A model generated the notes under the pieces. The model had not been told where the DNA came from. It searched no databases and saw nothing but the letters and a program-made list of their open reading frames with translations. A stretch of 64,000 nucleotides of DNA from Candidatus Saccharimonadia bacterium. GTDB lineage: Bacteria; Patescibacteriota; Saccharimonadia; UBA4664; JBBRNT01. A program made the position numbers and the translations under genes. The stretch spans positions 9,811 to 73,810 of the forward strand of contig JBBRNT010000003.1 of the NCBI GenBank assembly GCA_038230095.1, given 5' to 3'. Shown here piece after piece: positions 17,098 to 27,236 of the stretch (position 1 is its first letter; each line of letters starts with the position of its first letter).

Positions 17098-18798
17098 ATG
17101 AGCGAGAAAGCACCCACGTCCAGCTATACCGACTTGGCAGATAGGGCTTGGTTTAAGCGGCTTTTCGAGATACTACCAGGAGCCATTACCTGGGTATTTC
17201 TGTTATCACCAATCATACTGAGCATTTTCGAGCCCATTGTAGTAGCCTACTTTATTATTGCCTTCGATCTGGTATGGCTAGTGAAGTCGCTTCGTCTTAG
17301 CTTCTACCTTATTCTCGGCTACACCCGACTAAGACATGCCCAACAGGTAAACTGGCAGGATCGCCTTACTGATCTAGACAATCTTGATGCGGCGATTGAG
17401 CGTGAGCAGGCAGCGCTGGACCTGTTCGTGGAACGCAACCACCATATACCGAGCCGACTGGCTATCTCCAAGACTAAGCGCCATATATATAGCAAGTATC
17501 GTAAGCGGGTACTGTACCTTCGTGAGCTACGTGATCATAAGGCGAAGGACAAACTAATTCTGGCGCCAAAAGACTTATACAACGTTGTAATAGTGGCAAC
17601 ATATAATGAGACAATAGACATTCTAGAACCCTCAATACAAGCTCTGGCAGATGTGGCTTATCCGCTGAACCAGCTTATCTTGGTTATTGCCTACGAAGAG
17701 CGGGGTGGACCCGGTACCAAGGCCAATGCCGACCTGTTGATTAAGAAATATGGGCACTTGTTTGGCCATGCCATGGCGATTGAGCATCCCGATGGTATTC
17801 CTGGGGAAGTACGTGGTAAGGGCGGTAATATTTCCCACGCTGCTAGGAAGCTAGTAGAGTACCTTGATACAAAAAATATCGATCCTATTAATGTAATTGT
17901 TACAACATTCGATAGCGATCATAGGGCGGATCCAGGCTACTTTGCCTATCTCACTTACGCCTACGCTATTAACCCCAATCGTATTTATAAGTCCTTCCAG
18001 CCGGTGCCCATGTTCTATAACAATATTTGGGACGTACCGGCGCCTATGCGCGTGATTGCCACCGGCAACTCCTTCTGGATCATCATGGAAGCAATGCGCC
18101 CACACCGCTTGCGGAACTTTGCAGCTCACGCCCAGAGCCTGAAGACCCTGATAGACACCGATTTCTGGAGTGTGACCTCTATCGTAGAGGATGGGCACCA
18201 ATACTGGCGTACGTATTTTGCCTACGATGGGAACCACGAGGTAGTACCACTCTTTATCCCAGTCTACCAAGACGCTGTGCTTGCGAGCACCTACCGCCAA
18301 ACGTTGAAGGTCCAGTACCTGCAGCTGCGCCGCTGGGCTTGGGGTATATCTGACTTTACCTACGTGGTGTCACAATCGGTGAAGAACCCGCAGATAAAAC
18401 TGAGCGATAAGCTAGTACACTTGTGGCGGCTATTTGAGGGGCACTTTAGTTGGGCGACAGCGCCACTAATTCTGACCTTTGTAGCGTGGTTACCCCTGTA
18501 CCTGAACGGCCGGTTTGCCGACCAGCTGATTGCACACCAACTACCAATTATTGCCAGCCGTATCCTAAACTTTGCGCTTGTTGGTATCTTTACGACGGTG
18601 GTGATTAGCCTTATCTCGCTCCCGCCCCGCCCTGCCCGGTATAAGCGGAGTAAGCACGTGTTTATGGTACTGCAGTGGCTACTGCTCCCGGTGATAGCGA
18701 TTATCTTCAGTGCTTTTCCAGCTATAGACGCGCAGACGCGGCTCATGCTTGGTAAGTACCTGGACTTCCGGGTAACGGACAAGTCGAGAAAGCAGTGA
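17098..18798 (+). CDS. Glycosyltransferase family 2, membrane
   Basis: ATYNE, GKGGN, FDSD, VED, QLRRWAWG. Confidence 0.88.
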   Translation: MSEKAPTSSYTDLADRAWFKRLFEILPGAITWVFLLSPIILSIFEPIVVAYFIIAFDLVWLVKSLRLSFYLILGYTRLRHAQQVNWQDRLTDLDNLDAAIEREQAALDLFVERNHHIPSRLAISKTKRHIYSKYRKRVLYLRELRDHKAKDKLILAPKDLYNVVIVATYNETIDILEPSIQALADVAYPLNQLILVIAYEERGGPGTKANADLLIKKYGHLFGHAMAIEHPDGIPGEVRGKGGNISHAARKLVEYLDTKNIDPINVIVTTFDSDHRADPGYFAYLTYAYAINPNRIYKSFQPVPMFYNNIWDVPAPMRVIATGNSFWIIMEAMRPHRLRNFAAHAQSLKTLIDTDFWSVTSIVEDGHQYWRTYFAYDGNHEVVPLFIPVYQDAVLASTYRQTLKVQYLQLRRWAWGISDFTYVVSQSVKNPQIKLSDKLVHLWRLFEGHFSWATAPLILTFVAWLPLYLNGRFADQLIAHQLPIIASRILNFALVGIFTTVVISLISLPPRPARYKRSKHVFMVLQWLLLPVIAIIFSAFPAIDAQTRLMLGKYLDFRVTDKSRKQ

Positions 18799-19856
18799 TG
18801 TACGGATTTGGATTTCTTCTAGCGGCGCTGCTTTCTATGCTGTTGGTGCCGCTGGTAGAGCGCTTTGCGCGACGGATAGGGGCCATAGATGAGCCAGTGG
18901 GCGGTCGCAAGATACATAAGCGAGCCGTGGTACGGCTGGGTGGTCTGGCGATGGCGGGTGCATTTATACTGACCGTGCTCTATGCGCTTGGTGCTAGCCG
19001 GCAGCTACTGGGATTGCTGGGCGGCATTGTGGTACTGGTGACGGTGGGGGTAGTCGACGATATTCATAGCCTGGGGCCGTGGACTAAGCTAGGGTGGCAG
19101 GTAGTGGCAGCCGGCGTGGCGCTGGCGGGCGGCATTGGCATTACGAGCCTGACCAATCCGCTTGGGGGTGTGATCAATCTGCAAATTGGACGGTTTGCGC
19201 TGGACTGGGGGAGTCTCCACTTCCACATTTCGCCAATTGCCAATATCCTGAGCCTGCTGTGGATGGTGGCATTGATAAATGCTATCAACTTTCTGGATGG
19301 CCTAGACGGTCTGGCGGGTGGTGTGTCGGCTATAGCAGCATTTATCATGTTCCTGCTGGCGGTGGGCCCCCGGGTGCACCAGCCAGAGGTGGCTCTGCTA
19401 GCTATTATTCTCTGCGGGGCGGCAGTCGGCTGGCTGCCAGCTAACTTCTACCCGGCCAAGATGTTTATGGGTGATTCTGGCGCGTATTTTCTGGGACTCA
19501 CTCTGGCAATGCTTGCGATCTATTCGGGAGCCAAGCTGGCTACAGCCGCACTAGTATTAGGTATACCGTTGCTCGACATGGGCTGGGCAGTAATCCGCAG
19601 GTTGTCACAGCACCGCTCTCCGTTCAGTTCGGATAGGGGACACCTGCATCACCTCATGCTGGACGCGGGCTTGTCACAGCGCCAGGCAGTGGTCATTTTC
19701 TACATTATTGCCGCTGTGTTCGGTGGCGCTGCCCTGTTTAGCAATAGTTTTGCCAAGCTGATAGCCTTCGTCTTACTCGTGGTGGTCATGGCGGTATTGA
19801 CTATGGTTCTTGCTCGGGCCGCTGCCCGCAATAAGGCCGGTATGAGCCAGTCCTAG
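18795..19856 (+). CDS. WecA/TagO-like polyprenyl-phosphate GlcNAc-1-P transferase
   Basis: RKIH, GVVDD, NAINFLDGLDGL, FMGDSG, DRGHLHH. Confidence 0.9.
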   Translation: MMYGFGFLLAALLSMLLVPLVERFARRIGAIDEPVGGRKIHKRAVVRLGGLAMAGAFILTVLYALGASRQLLGLLGGIVVLVTVGVVDDIHSLGPWTKLGWQVVAAGVALAGGIGITSLTNPLGGVINLQIGRFALDWGSLHFHISPIANILSLLWMVALINAINFLDGLDGLAGGVSAIAAFIMFLLAVGPRVHQPEVALLAIILCGAAVGWLPANFYPAKMFMGDSGAYFLGLTLAMLAIYSGAKLATAALVLGIPLLDMGWAVIRRLSQHRSPFSSDRGHLHHLMLDAGLSQRQAVVIFYIIAAVFGGAALFSNSFAKLIAFVLLVVVMAVLTMVLARAAARNKAGMSQS

Positions 19857-19912
19857 CATTGCGTCTACTCCAGATAACTGCTATAATGCGGACATTGTAA
19901 GCGGGGTGCACT

Positions 19913-20260
19913 ATGAGTCGTAAATTTTTGCAGGAATTAATCAAAAATTTGCAGGAGTTCTATAAGTGCCCTACGTGCGATACCAACTATCACTTTGACG
20001 ATATCAAATTCCTCGGTAACCTCGATAACTACTGCTTTGTTCAGCTCACCTGCCATAGCTGCTCACTGCCGGTACTAGCTACTGTCTCCGCTGGAGACAA
20101 GAAGCTAGCTGGCCGTAAGCGTCGCAGTGATGCTACCACCAAGGAGCAGACGCAGTTCAAGGCCCGCGGAGAGATTACCGCCAACGAGATAGCCGGTTTC
20201 CACAGCTTCATTCGAGATTTTTCGGGAAGCCTATCTTCCATCACTCGTTCCGGTCATTAA
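19913..20260 (+). CDS. Hypothetical zinc-ribbon protein
   Basis: CPTC...CHSC, ITANEI..FH.F. Confidence 0.7.
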   Translation: MSRKFLQELIKNLQEFYKCPTCDTNYHFDDIKFLGNLDNYCFVQLTCHSCSLPVLATVSAGDKKLAGRKRRSDATTKEQTQFKARGEITANEIAGFHSFIRDFSGSLSSITRSGH

Positions 20261-20291
20261 ATAGTTCGTTCTAGAAAGGATCGCATAGATC

Positions 20292-20957
20292 ATGGATAAA
20301 ATCGTATTAGCGTTGTCCGGACGCAAAGAGAAGGGTAAAGCTAACGCTGCGCTCCGCGCCCAGGGTCTAACCCCAGCCGTAGTCTACGGTCACGGCGTAG
20401 AGTCTGAGTCCGTTTCGGCATCTACCAAAGAACTGACCAAGGTGTACTCCGAGGCCGGAGGAAACAAGATTATTAGCCTGAAAGTAGACGGTGCAAAAGA
20501 AACCAACGCATTGATCCACGACGTGCAGCATGACGTGCGCACTGGCGAGCTTACCCACGCCGACTTCTACATTGTCCGTATGGACGAGAAGCTAACGACC
20601 GCTGTACCACTGTACTTTGTTGGTGAGTCTACGGCCGTATTCCAGATGGAGGGCGTACTCCTCAAGGCACTGGAGACTGTGGAAGTCGAGGCTCTGCCTG
20701 GCGACCTTCCTGACCACATTGAAGTCGATATCTCTGTTCTTGACGACTTCGAAAAGGCCATCCACGTATCTGACCTAAAGGCACCGAAGGGTGTTGAGAT
20801 TCTTGACGAGGCCGACTCACTCGTGGCCCGCGTTGAAGAGCCTCGTAGCGAAGAAGAGCTAGCCGAACTAGAGACGGAAGTAACCGAAGTACTGCCTGAG
20901 GGCGTAGCTGAGGAAGCGCCCGCTGGCGACGCAGCCGATACCAAGAAGACTCAGTAG
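20292..20957 (+). CDS. rplY: 50S ribosomal protein L25 (Ctc)
   Basis: LR..G.TPAVVYG, HADFY, acidic tail. Confidence 0.95.
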   Translation: MDKIVLALSGRKEKGKANAALRAQGLTPAVVYGHGVESESVSASTKELTKVYSEAGGNKIISLKVDGAKETNALIHDVQHDVRTGELTHADFYIVRMDEKLTTAVPLYFVGESTAVFQMEGVLLKALETVEVEALPGDLPDHIEVDISVLDDFEKAIHVSDLKAPKGVEILDEADSLVARVEEPRSEEELAELETEVTEVLPEGVAEEAPAGDAADTKKTQ

Positions 20958-21016
20958 TTAATCTGCCTTGCGAAAATAGCGCCCCACATGGGGCGCTATT
21001 TGGTTATAATGATGGC

Positions 21017-21487
21017 ATGAAACCAACTATTCGCCTGGCGCTAGCGGCTGATCTAGAGAATGTGCAACGCCTGAACGCAGCATTATTTGCAGTGGACGGG
21101 CCACATGACGCCCATTTGGATGCCGCCTGGCCCATGGGGGCCGGGGCAGAGTACTTTGGCGGCGCCATAGCCGGCGAGACCGGTGTATGCTTTGTGGCCG
21201 AAGTAGATGAGACCATTGCTGGCTACCTGGTGGGCGCCATGCATGAAGAGACAGTAGCGTACCGCCCCGTCGTGGTGGCAGAGCTGGAGAATATGCTAGT
21301 GGATGAGCAGTATCGCGGGTTTGGGCTGGGGTCGCTTCTGGTAGAGTTCTTTAAGAGCTGGGCGAGGCAGAATGGGGCCGAGGCTATACAGGTGTCTGCC
21401 TATGCGGGTAATACACGGGCTCAGCACTTCTACCGCAAGCACGGCTTTAGTGACTATGCGCTGACACTGGAAGCACGGCTGGACTAG
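21017..21487 (+). CDS. GNAT acetyltransferase
   Basis: YRGFGLG motif A, N.RA..FYRKHGF. Confidence 0.88.
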   Translation: MKPTIRLALAADLENVQRLNAALFAVDGPHDAHLDAAWPMGAGAEYFGGAIAGETGVCFVAEVDETIAGYLVGAMHEETVAYRPVVVAELENMLVDEQYRGFGLGSLLVEFFKSWARQNGAEAIQVSAYAGNTRAQHFYRKHGFSDYALTLEARLD

Positions 21488-21624
21488 GTAGGAGCCGGAC
21501 ATTCGCAATTACCATACTCTCTCAGATGGATTTGGAGCGTATCTCAGAGGCATGGAGGCCGTTTCGAACCTGGGCAATGGTACTCATACGGGCGGTAGGG
21601 CCGCAGCTGCTGACCTAGACCCGG

Positions 21625-22071
21625 CTACTGGTACTTCTTAAGCTCGCGTTGTAGCTGAGCGTCGCTACCAAGGTCTGTCTGGTAGGCCAGGTAGCGTAGG
21701 AAGGCCGTAGTATTATAGTGCTTGAGTGTGACAAGGGTAATACGTGCGATCTCGGATGTGGCGATTTCGCGTTGCTTGGTGTCCAATAGCTTGGCCTCTA
21801 CCGTGTCTGTAACGCCGTCTACGGTAGTTTCCTTGGCCGGAATGGATAAGAATGCCCCATAGATACCGGAATAGAGCTTGGCACGCGAGTAGCGTTCCTT
21901 CTTCCCGGTCATTTTGATTACCTTCAGAAAGCCCAGGTCTACGGCCTCGTAGGTGGTAAATGACTCTTTGCAGGATAGGCAGCGTCGTCGCCGCCAGATT
22001 TGGGTACCAAAACGGGTGGGGCGGGAGTTGAAAACATCGGTACTGTCTGCGCGGCAATATGGGCATTTCAT
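21625..22071 (-). CDS. nrdR: Transcriptional repressor NrdR
   Basis: MKCPYC, RRRRCLSC, FTTYE, ATP cone. Confidence 0.9.
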   Translation of the reverse strand: MKCPYCRADSTDVFNSRPTRFGTQIWRRRRCLSCKESFTTYEAVDLGFLKVIKMTGKKERYSRAKLYSGIYGAFLSIPAKETTVDGVTDTVEAKLLDTKQREIATSEIARITLVTLKHYNTTAFLRYLAYQTDLGSDAQLQRELKKYQ

Positions 22072-22229
22072 GTATACATGTTGTCATATGACTGGTAATT
22101 TTCCTAGTGGAAAACTGGCACCAAATGGGGATAAGCGGGTATTGGGATACCCGCTATGGGCATATGTAGCGCTATGAATCCAGAAAGGCTGTTGTATGCT
22201 TGACCTAGTCCGAGAGAACGGAGCGACCA

Positions 22230-23039
22230 TTGAAAACCCGACCATATATTGGCGTTACTGGCTTTACGAGGCGGGTGGAGGTGGTGCAGCTACTGAACCA
22301 CCTGACGGCCTGTGAGTTTCCGGCTACCCGCCGTCTGATGGTGGGTATACTGGTCTCAAGCAAGAGTATGCAGGGTGAGGCCCTGAAGCCGGAGTGGGCG
22401 GCGCAGTACCCTGAACCTACTGCCATTGCTGGCTTGATTGTGCCGGATCGGCGAGCCATTTATCTGGCACACTATAACACCAAGAGCCTAGAACTTGCCG
22501 ACGAGCTTTGCAGGGTTCTGGAGCTAGCGCCTGAGCTAGATGGCTTTCAGTTAAATGTGTCCTGGCCACATCCTGGGCAGCTCGAGAAGTTTCGGAAGCT
22601 GTACCCGGATAAGCTGATGGTCGTACAGCTGGGTAGTAAGGCACTTGCCGCCGTAGGGTGCAGTGAGGACGAACCAAGAAATGTATCTGGCATACGAAAC
22701 CGCCTAGCTATCTACGTAGGGCTTGTCGACCACCTTTTGCTCGATCGATCGGGTGGACTCGGGCACGCGTTCGATCCGCTCGCAGCGGCCGAGACTATTT
22801 CTGCGGTCAATGCCGAGGCAGATTTCCAGATAGGCATGGGTATTGGTGGCGGTCTTTCTTGCCAGACCGTTGGCACACAGATCATGCCGTGTCTACGGGT
22901 GTATCCAGAGCTGAGCTGGGATGCCCAGGGCAAGCTCCTGGGTGAGGGTGGGCACTTGGATATTGATCTCGCCGCTAGCTACCTGACGGCCTCGGCACAA
23001 GCTCTGCGCGATCTGGACCGGGTAACTCCCATTGTCTGA
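22230..23039 (+). CDS. TrpF/PRAI-like TIM-barrel protein of unknown function
   Basis: YIGVTG, QLN, LLLDRSGGLG, GIGGGLS, SWDAQGKL. Confidence 0.6.
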   Translation: MKTRPYIGVTGFTRRVEVVQLLNHLTACEFPATRRLMVGILVSSKSMQGEALKPEWAAQYPEPTAIAGLIVPDRRAIYLAHYNTKSLELADELCRVLELAPELDGFQLNVSWPHPGQLEKFRKLYPDKLMVVQLGSKALAAVGCSEDEPRNVSGIRNRLAIYVGLVDHLLLDRSGGLGHAFDPLAAAETISAVNAEADFQIGMGIGGGLSCQTVGTQIMPCLRVYPELSWDAQGKLLGEGGHLDIDLAASYLTASAQALRDLDRVTPIV

Positions 23040-23179
23040 CCGGCCGCTCCTCCTTTATGGAGGAGCGGCTTTTTACTACTCTCTTAATTATTCTCATGCT
23101 TGAAAAAAATGGCCAAATCTGTTAGAGTACGCGACAACCCAATCCAAGAGTAATCTCTGGAAGCAAGGATGTACCTAAT

Positions 23180-23842
23180 ATGATGGCTGTACCGAATACC
23201 CCCCTCGAAGTTCTCGATGTTGAGTTGGCCCATATCCGAGGCTGGCTTGGAACTGGCGCGATCAACATTTTTGGATTGCCGTATGCCGGTAAGGACACTC
23301 AATGCACTCGTGTTGCTACGGCCTTGGGTGGTGCAGTGATTGATGGTGGCGGACTTCTCCGTCGCAATCCGCACATGACCGAAGATGAGCGCAAAATCAT
23401 GGAGGCCGGTGAGCTACTACCCATTGACGTCTACCTGCGACTGGTCGTTCCAGTACTCGGTAACCCGCTACATGGGGGAAAGCCCCTGGTTCTGTCATCG
23501 GTTGGTCGCTTTTTTGGGGAGGAAGGTGCGGTTATGCGTGCCTCGAAAGCTGCAGACCACACCTTGCGAGTAGTGGTTCTGCTGGAAGTTTCAGATGACG
23601 ACGTCCTACAGCACCAGGCTGAGGCTGCGGCGAACGAAGATCGTGGAATTCGTGCTGACGATGACCCGGGTAAGTTGACGCGGAGAATCGACGAGTTTCA
23701 CACCAAGACGGCGCCGGTAATTGATTTCTACCGTCAATCAGGAAAGCTGGTTGCCATTCAGGGAAGTGGAACCAAAGACGAGGTGTTTTACCGCATCGTT
23801 CACGCTATATATGATTTTGCCGTGACTCATCCTCGCCGCTGA
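23180..23842 (+). CDS. Adenylate-kinase-family NMP kinase
   Basis: GLPYAGKDTQ P-loop, GELLP, RADDD, TAPVIDFY. Confidence 0.85.
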   Translation: MMAVPNTPLEVLDVELAHIRGWLGTGAINIFGLPYAGKDTQCTRVATALGGAVIDGGGLLRRNPHMTEDERKIMEAGELLPIDVYLRLVVPVLGNPLHGGKPLVLSSVGRFFGEEGAVMRASKAADHTLRVVVLLEVSDDDVLQHQAEAAANEDRGIRADDDPGKLTRRIDEFHTKTAPVIDFYRQSGKLVAIQGSGTKDEVFYRIVHAIYDFAVTHPRR

Positions 23843-23889
23843 CCGCCCGCTACCTTGCCGCCACCCCATCTGGGGCGGCGGTTCTTTAT

Positions 23890-25131
23890 TTAATCAGGTA
23901 TGTCCATTGTCACATGATGGGAGTTACCAAAACCGACCCGGTCCTTCATGATGGGGGCAAGCAGCTGACGGGCGGGGAGTATGCTGCGCCGACCGAAGCG
24001 TGACTCTATGAGGTCTACGGCCTGGCTAATACGGTCATCTCGACTCGACAGATCAAACAAGGTGCCGGGCAGGGCAGCATTAGGCACTAGATCAAACGCC
24101 GTGACGCCGACAAGACGAACTGGCTTATCTAGCGGTGCGCGTTCGAGAATGCGGCGGACATGGGCGTAGAAGCTAGCAGTGTCAGTGAAGGCCAGCTTGC
24201 CACGATGGTGGCCCTCCCAGTGGGTGCGGTCGGTGTAGCGCAGATGGACGGCGATGCCACGCGCCCCGAAACTAGCTCCGCGCAGACGGGTAGCCGCCTT
24301 GCTTACAAGCTGGCTAGCTGTACTGAGTACCTGGTCTAGGCTGCGAGCGGGGGCAGGGACTATAGTGGTCTCATGTCCAATAGTCCGGCGTATGGTGGGC
24401 CGCTGATCCACTTCATAGCCACGTAGGCGTAGGTACCAGGCCTGGCCATTGGCACCAAAGGCCCTAGCAAGCTTCGCGTAGGGTGCCTGGAAAAAATCGA
24501 CCGGCGTGTAGATGTCCAGCTCGTGTAAGCGCTGAGCCATACGCGAGGCAACACCATGGAGGTCAGTCAGGCGTAGTTGGCTGTAGAAGTGTTCCAGCTC
24601 CTCAGTACGGATGATGGTAAGGCCGTTGGGCTTCTTGAAATTGGAGCCCATCTTGGCCAGGAACTGATTGGGGGCAATACCAATAGAGCAGCTCAGCTGG
24701 CTCCCAATACTCCAGACGCGGGCCTTAATGTCGTGCGCTAGGCTGACGGCGTCGCCCCGCAGGTCCCTGGGTACTACTAAGAAGGCCTCGTCGATACTCT
24801 TGGGGTGTACCCGGCAGCGCGTGTCATTGAGGGCTTCCATAATGCGCCGGTGGTAGTCGCGGTAGTTGGCGGGATTATCACCTAGCAAGATTATGTCGGG
24901 ACAGAGCTGACGGGCCTCGGGTATGGGGGTACCGGTCTTAACACCGAAACGTTTGGCTTCGATGGAAGCGGCAATAATGCAGGTATTGTCGTTGATGAAT
25001 GGGCAGACGCCAACGGGGCGTCCGCGCAGCTCCGGGTGCTCTTGCTGCTCTACTGAAGCAAAGAACGAATTCATATCCACAAAGAGGGCCGCCCCCTCTT
25101 GTGGTTGAGCTGCAAGCATACCCTCTAGCAT
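23890..25131 (-). CDS. dinB: Y-family DNA polymerase IV
   Basis: VDMNSFFASVEQ, AASIEAKRFGVKTG, SIDEAF, SIGIAPN.FLAK, KKPNG. Confidence 0.92.
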   Translation of the reverse strand: MLEGMLAAQPQEGAALFVDMNSFFASVEQQEHPELRGRPVGVCPFINDNTCIIAASIEAKRFGVKTGTPIPEARQLCPDIILLGDNPANYRDYHRRIMEALNDTRCRVHPKSIDEAFLVVPRDLRGDAVSLAHDIKARVWSIGSQLSCSIGIAPNQFLAKMGSNFKKPNGLTIIRTEELEHFYSQLRLTDLHGVASRMAQRLHELDIYTPVDFFQAPYAKLARAFGANGQAWYLRLRGYEVDQRPTIRRTIGHETTIVPAPARSLDQVLSTASQLVSKAATRLRGASFGARGIAVHLRYTDRTHWEGHHRGKLAFTDTASFYAHVRRILERAPLDKPVRLVGVTAFDLVPNAALPGTLFDLSSRDDRISQAVDLIESRFGRRSILPARQLLAPIMKDRVGFGNSHHVTMDIPD

Positions 25132-25134
25132 GGG

Positions 25135-25587
25135 CTAAGAGGTACGGGCGGCCACGAGCTCATCAGCGGCCTTAGTTGAAGACCTGGTTGTGACGCTTGT
25201 TTGGCGGCCTTTAATGTACTTAATCAGCCCCCAGCACTGCTTAATCACACCAGTAGCTTGCTCGAGCTGATCGGCAGTCTTGCCGTAGCCAGTCTTCTCA
25301 TACTCAGTGAGTAGCTTCTTGGCTTGCTCCGACTAGGCTATGGCTGCGTGCAGGCTATCGAGCTTAATAGCGTAACTATAGCGGCGATGGGCCTCATAGA
25401 TATGGTGGGCGATAGCGGCTGTACTGCGGCGCAGATCATTGGCTAGGCCATAGGTCTCCGTTTCTGGTAGGGCAGAGGAGAGGGCTATACCCTGGTCTTC
25501 GAGCTGGCGAGCGAGCGCATAGACGCGGAGGTCCCCGATGGAGGAGGCACTACGACTGCTGACGGTTGGTTTGGTTTGGTTGGTCAT
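25135..25587 (-). pseudogene. Four-helix-bundle (S23/Avd-like) protein with in-frame TAG at 25333-25335
   Basis: DLRVY...LPETETYGLANDLRRS; frame continues SEQAKKLL...WGLIKYIK...RTS* to 25135. Confidence 0.7.
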
Positions 25588-25663
25588 GAAAATCCCCTTA
25601 CATTAGTTGGCATCCCTTAGCCGCATCTACTGCGTGCGTCCGAGGGTGCTTGCTCACAGCGCG

Positions 25664-25693
25664 ACTATATACGAACAAATACCGAACAGTCAA
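25664..25693 (-). promoter_or_regulatory. Promoter with putative SOS operator GTTC-N7-GTTCG
   Basis: TTGACT-gttcggtatttgttcgta-TATAGT. Confidence 0.7.
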
Positions 25694-26063
25694 GCTAAAA
25701 AAATACTAATCTGGTAAATTGGCCGGAAAGCTGTTGAGGGGATCGGTCAGGTCCTTCGCTAGTAGTGAGACTTGCTCTTCGCTGAGGGATGGAGCCGTCT
25801 GTTCTGGACTGTGCCCTAGGGTGTCTTGATCACTAGATGTAGGAAATGTTTCTGATGAGCCTGGTAGGCGTTCAAAAAAACACTCCTGTAAGCTATGGTA
25901 TTTGGTCACATGGCCTCGCGATAGTTAAGACATTGATTCAGATTGGTAGCTGAACTAGTTTTTTGATTAGTGCTAGTTTAGCCCTTCACGGAGTGAGCGT
26001 CAAAGTGCTAAATGGCAATTTCGGATGAGAATAGTACTGATTATTTGTGTAAAAAGCGCTAGC

Positions 26064-27236
26064 TTAGGATTGATAGAACATGAGGCCAAGCTTAATCTGG
26101 AGGGCGTCTTCGAAGTGGCGCGGATCTAGCCCAATCAGCTTCTTAGTTTTCTCAAGGCGATAGATGAGTGTATTGCGGTGTACGTGGAGCCCGAGTGCCG
26201 CCTCGGTCAGGTTTAGGTTGGACCCAAGAAAGGCCTGGACGGTTCTGAAGAGCTGATCGTCGGCTACAAGGGGAGATAGGATCTGGTGAGCAAGCTCAGT
26301 TTTGCGGTCAGCGCCAACATGCGCCAAGGTAATAAACATGCCGACGTCCTTAATGTGGTAGGGCCGCCCCGCACCCCAGACTTTAGTACCAATATTGAGC
26401 GCCAGAATAGCATCCTGATAGCTTTTACGTAAGCCTGACAGATCGGGATAGTACTGACCTATGCCAATAGTGACAGCTCCTTGATGTAGTTTTGACAACG
26501 TATCGTGTACGAACTTTCCCCGTTCCTTCAGGAACCGAATGGTGTTGCTTAGGCTCAGGCTCTCTCCACCAATACCTTTGAGTAGGATGAAGGTATTGGA
26601 GTGGGCGTAGACAATAATATTATCCTGATAGTTCTGGAAAGCCGAACGGATGGCAGCGCAAATAACTTCGGCTGAGGCCATGACGGCGAGACGATACTCA
26701 CTGGAATCGGGGGCAAGACCTTCGGTTCCAACGTCTTCAAAGCCAGCCAGGTGCAGGAGCATGACGGACTGGGGGAAATGGATATTAATTTTGAGAATAT
26801 CGGCCTGCTGGTTGGCCTGGTCATTGGTCATAGAGGCATCATCCAGGAGGAGCTTAATGAAGTCTGCTCGTAGCGCATCGGCTGAGTTTAGCTTGCCCAT
26901 GACAAAGTGTTGGTGGATGAGCACTTCGGCCAGTCCTTGGAGTAAGCTGATGGTTTCGCCGGTGGTAGCGCGTCCAGTTTCGATGAGCCCAAACACACCA
27001 ATGACCCGGCCCTCATAGACAAAGGGCTCCCAGCGGACGTTGAGGCCGCCAGTGCGTGACTCTATGGGCCGATTGGTCTGACAGGCGGCGAGTGCCTCCG
27101 GGATGGTCTTGCCGACCAGCACGCCGCCAGCCATGACCTGGCCATGAAGATCCGCCACCAGAAGGTCTCGGCCGAGTACGCCGGTGACTTGGGACGCGAG
27201 CTGGTTAGCTAGTTCAGGCCCGATAAGCATAGTCAT
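26064..27236 (-). CDS. CdaR/PucR-family regulator
   Basis: TIGIG, L..SY.DA, NLNLTEAA..LHVHRNTLIYRLEK. Confidence 0.9.
   Translation of the reverse strand: MTMLIGPELANQLASQVTGVLGRDLLVADLHGQVMAGGVLVGKTIPEALAACQTNRPIESRTGGLNVRWEPFVYEGRVIGVFGLIETGRATTGETISLLQGLAEVLIHQHFVMGKLNSADALRADFIKLLLDDASMTNDQANQQADILKINIHFPQSVMLLHLAGFEDVGTEGLAPDSSEYRLAVMASAEVICAAIRSAFQNYQDNIIVYAHSNTFILLKGIGGESLSLSNTIRFLKERGKFVHDTLSKLHQGAVTIGIGQYYPDLSGLRKSYQDAILALNIGTKVWGAGRPYHIKDVGMFITLAHVGADRKTELAHQILSPLVADDQLFRTVQAFLGSNLNLTEAALGLHVHRNTLIYRLEKTKKLIGLDPRHFEDALQIKLGLMFYQS

Noticed and set aside
22133-22156. Palindrome upstream of nrdR as an NrdR box
   Set aside because: AGCGGGTAT-tggg-ATACCCGCT does not match the acaCwAtATaTwGtg consensus.
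25333-25335. Genome-wide TAG or TGA recoding
   Set aside because: Conserved genes such as thrS, rplY and rplT end at TAG, and others end at TGA.
23890-25587. Diversity-generating retroelement (Avd-like gene)
   Set aside because: No reverse transcriptase and no TR/VR repeat pair in the window.
25706-25909. 67-aa ORF between cdaR and the dinB operon
   Set aside because: No convincing start signal or motif.
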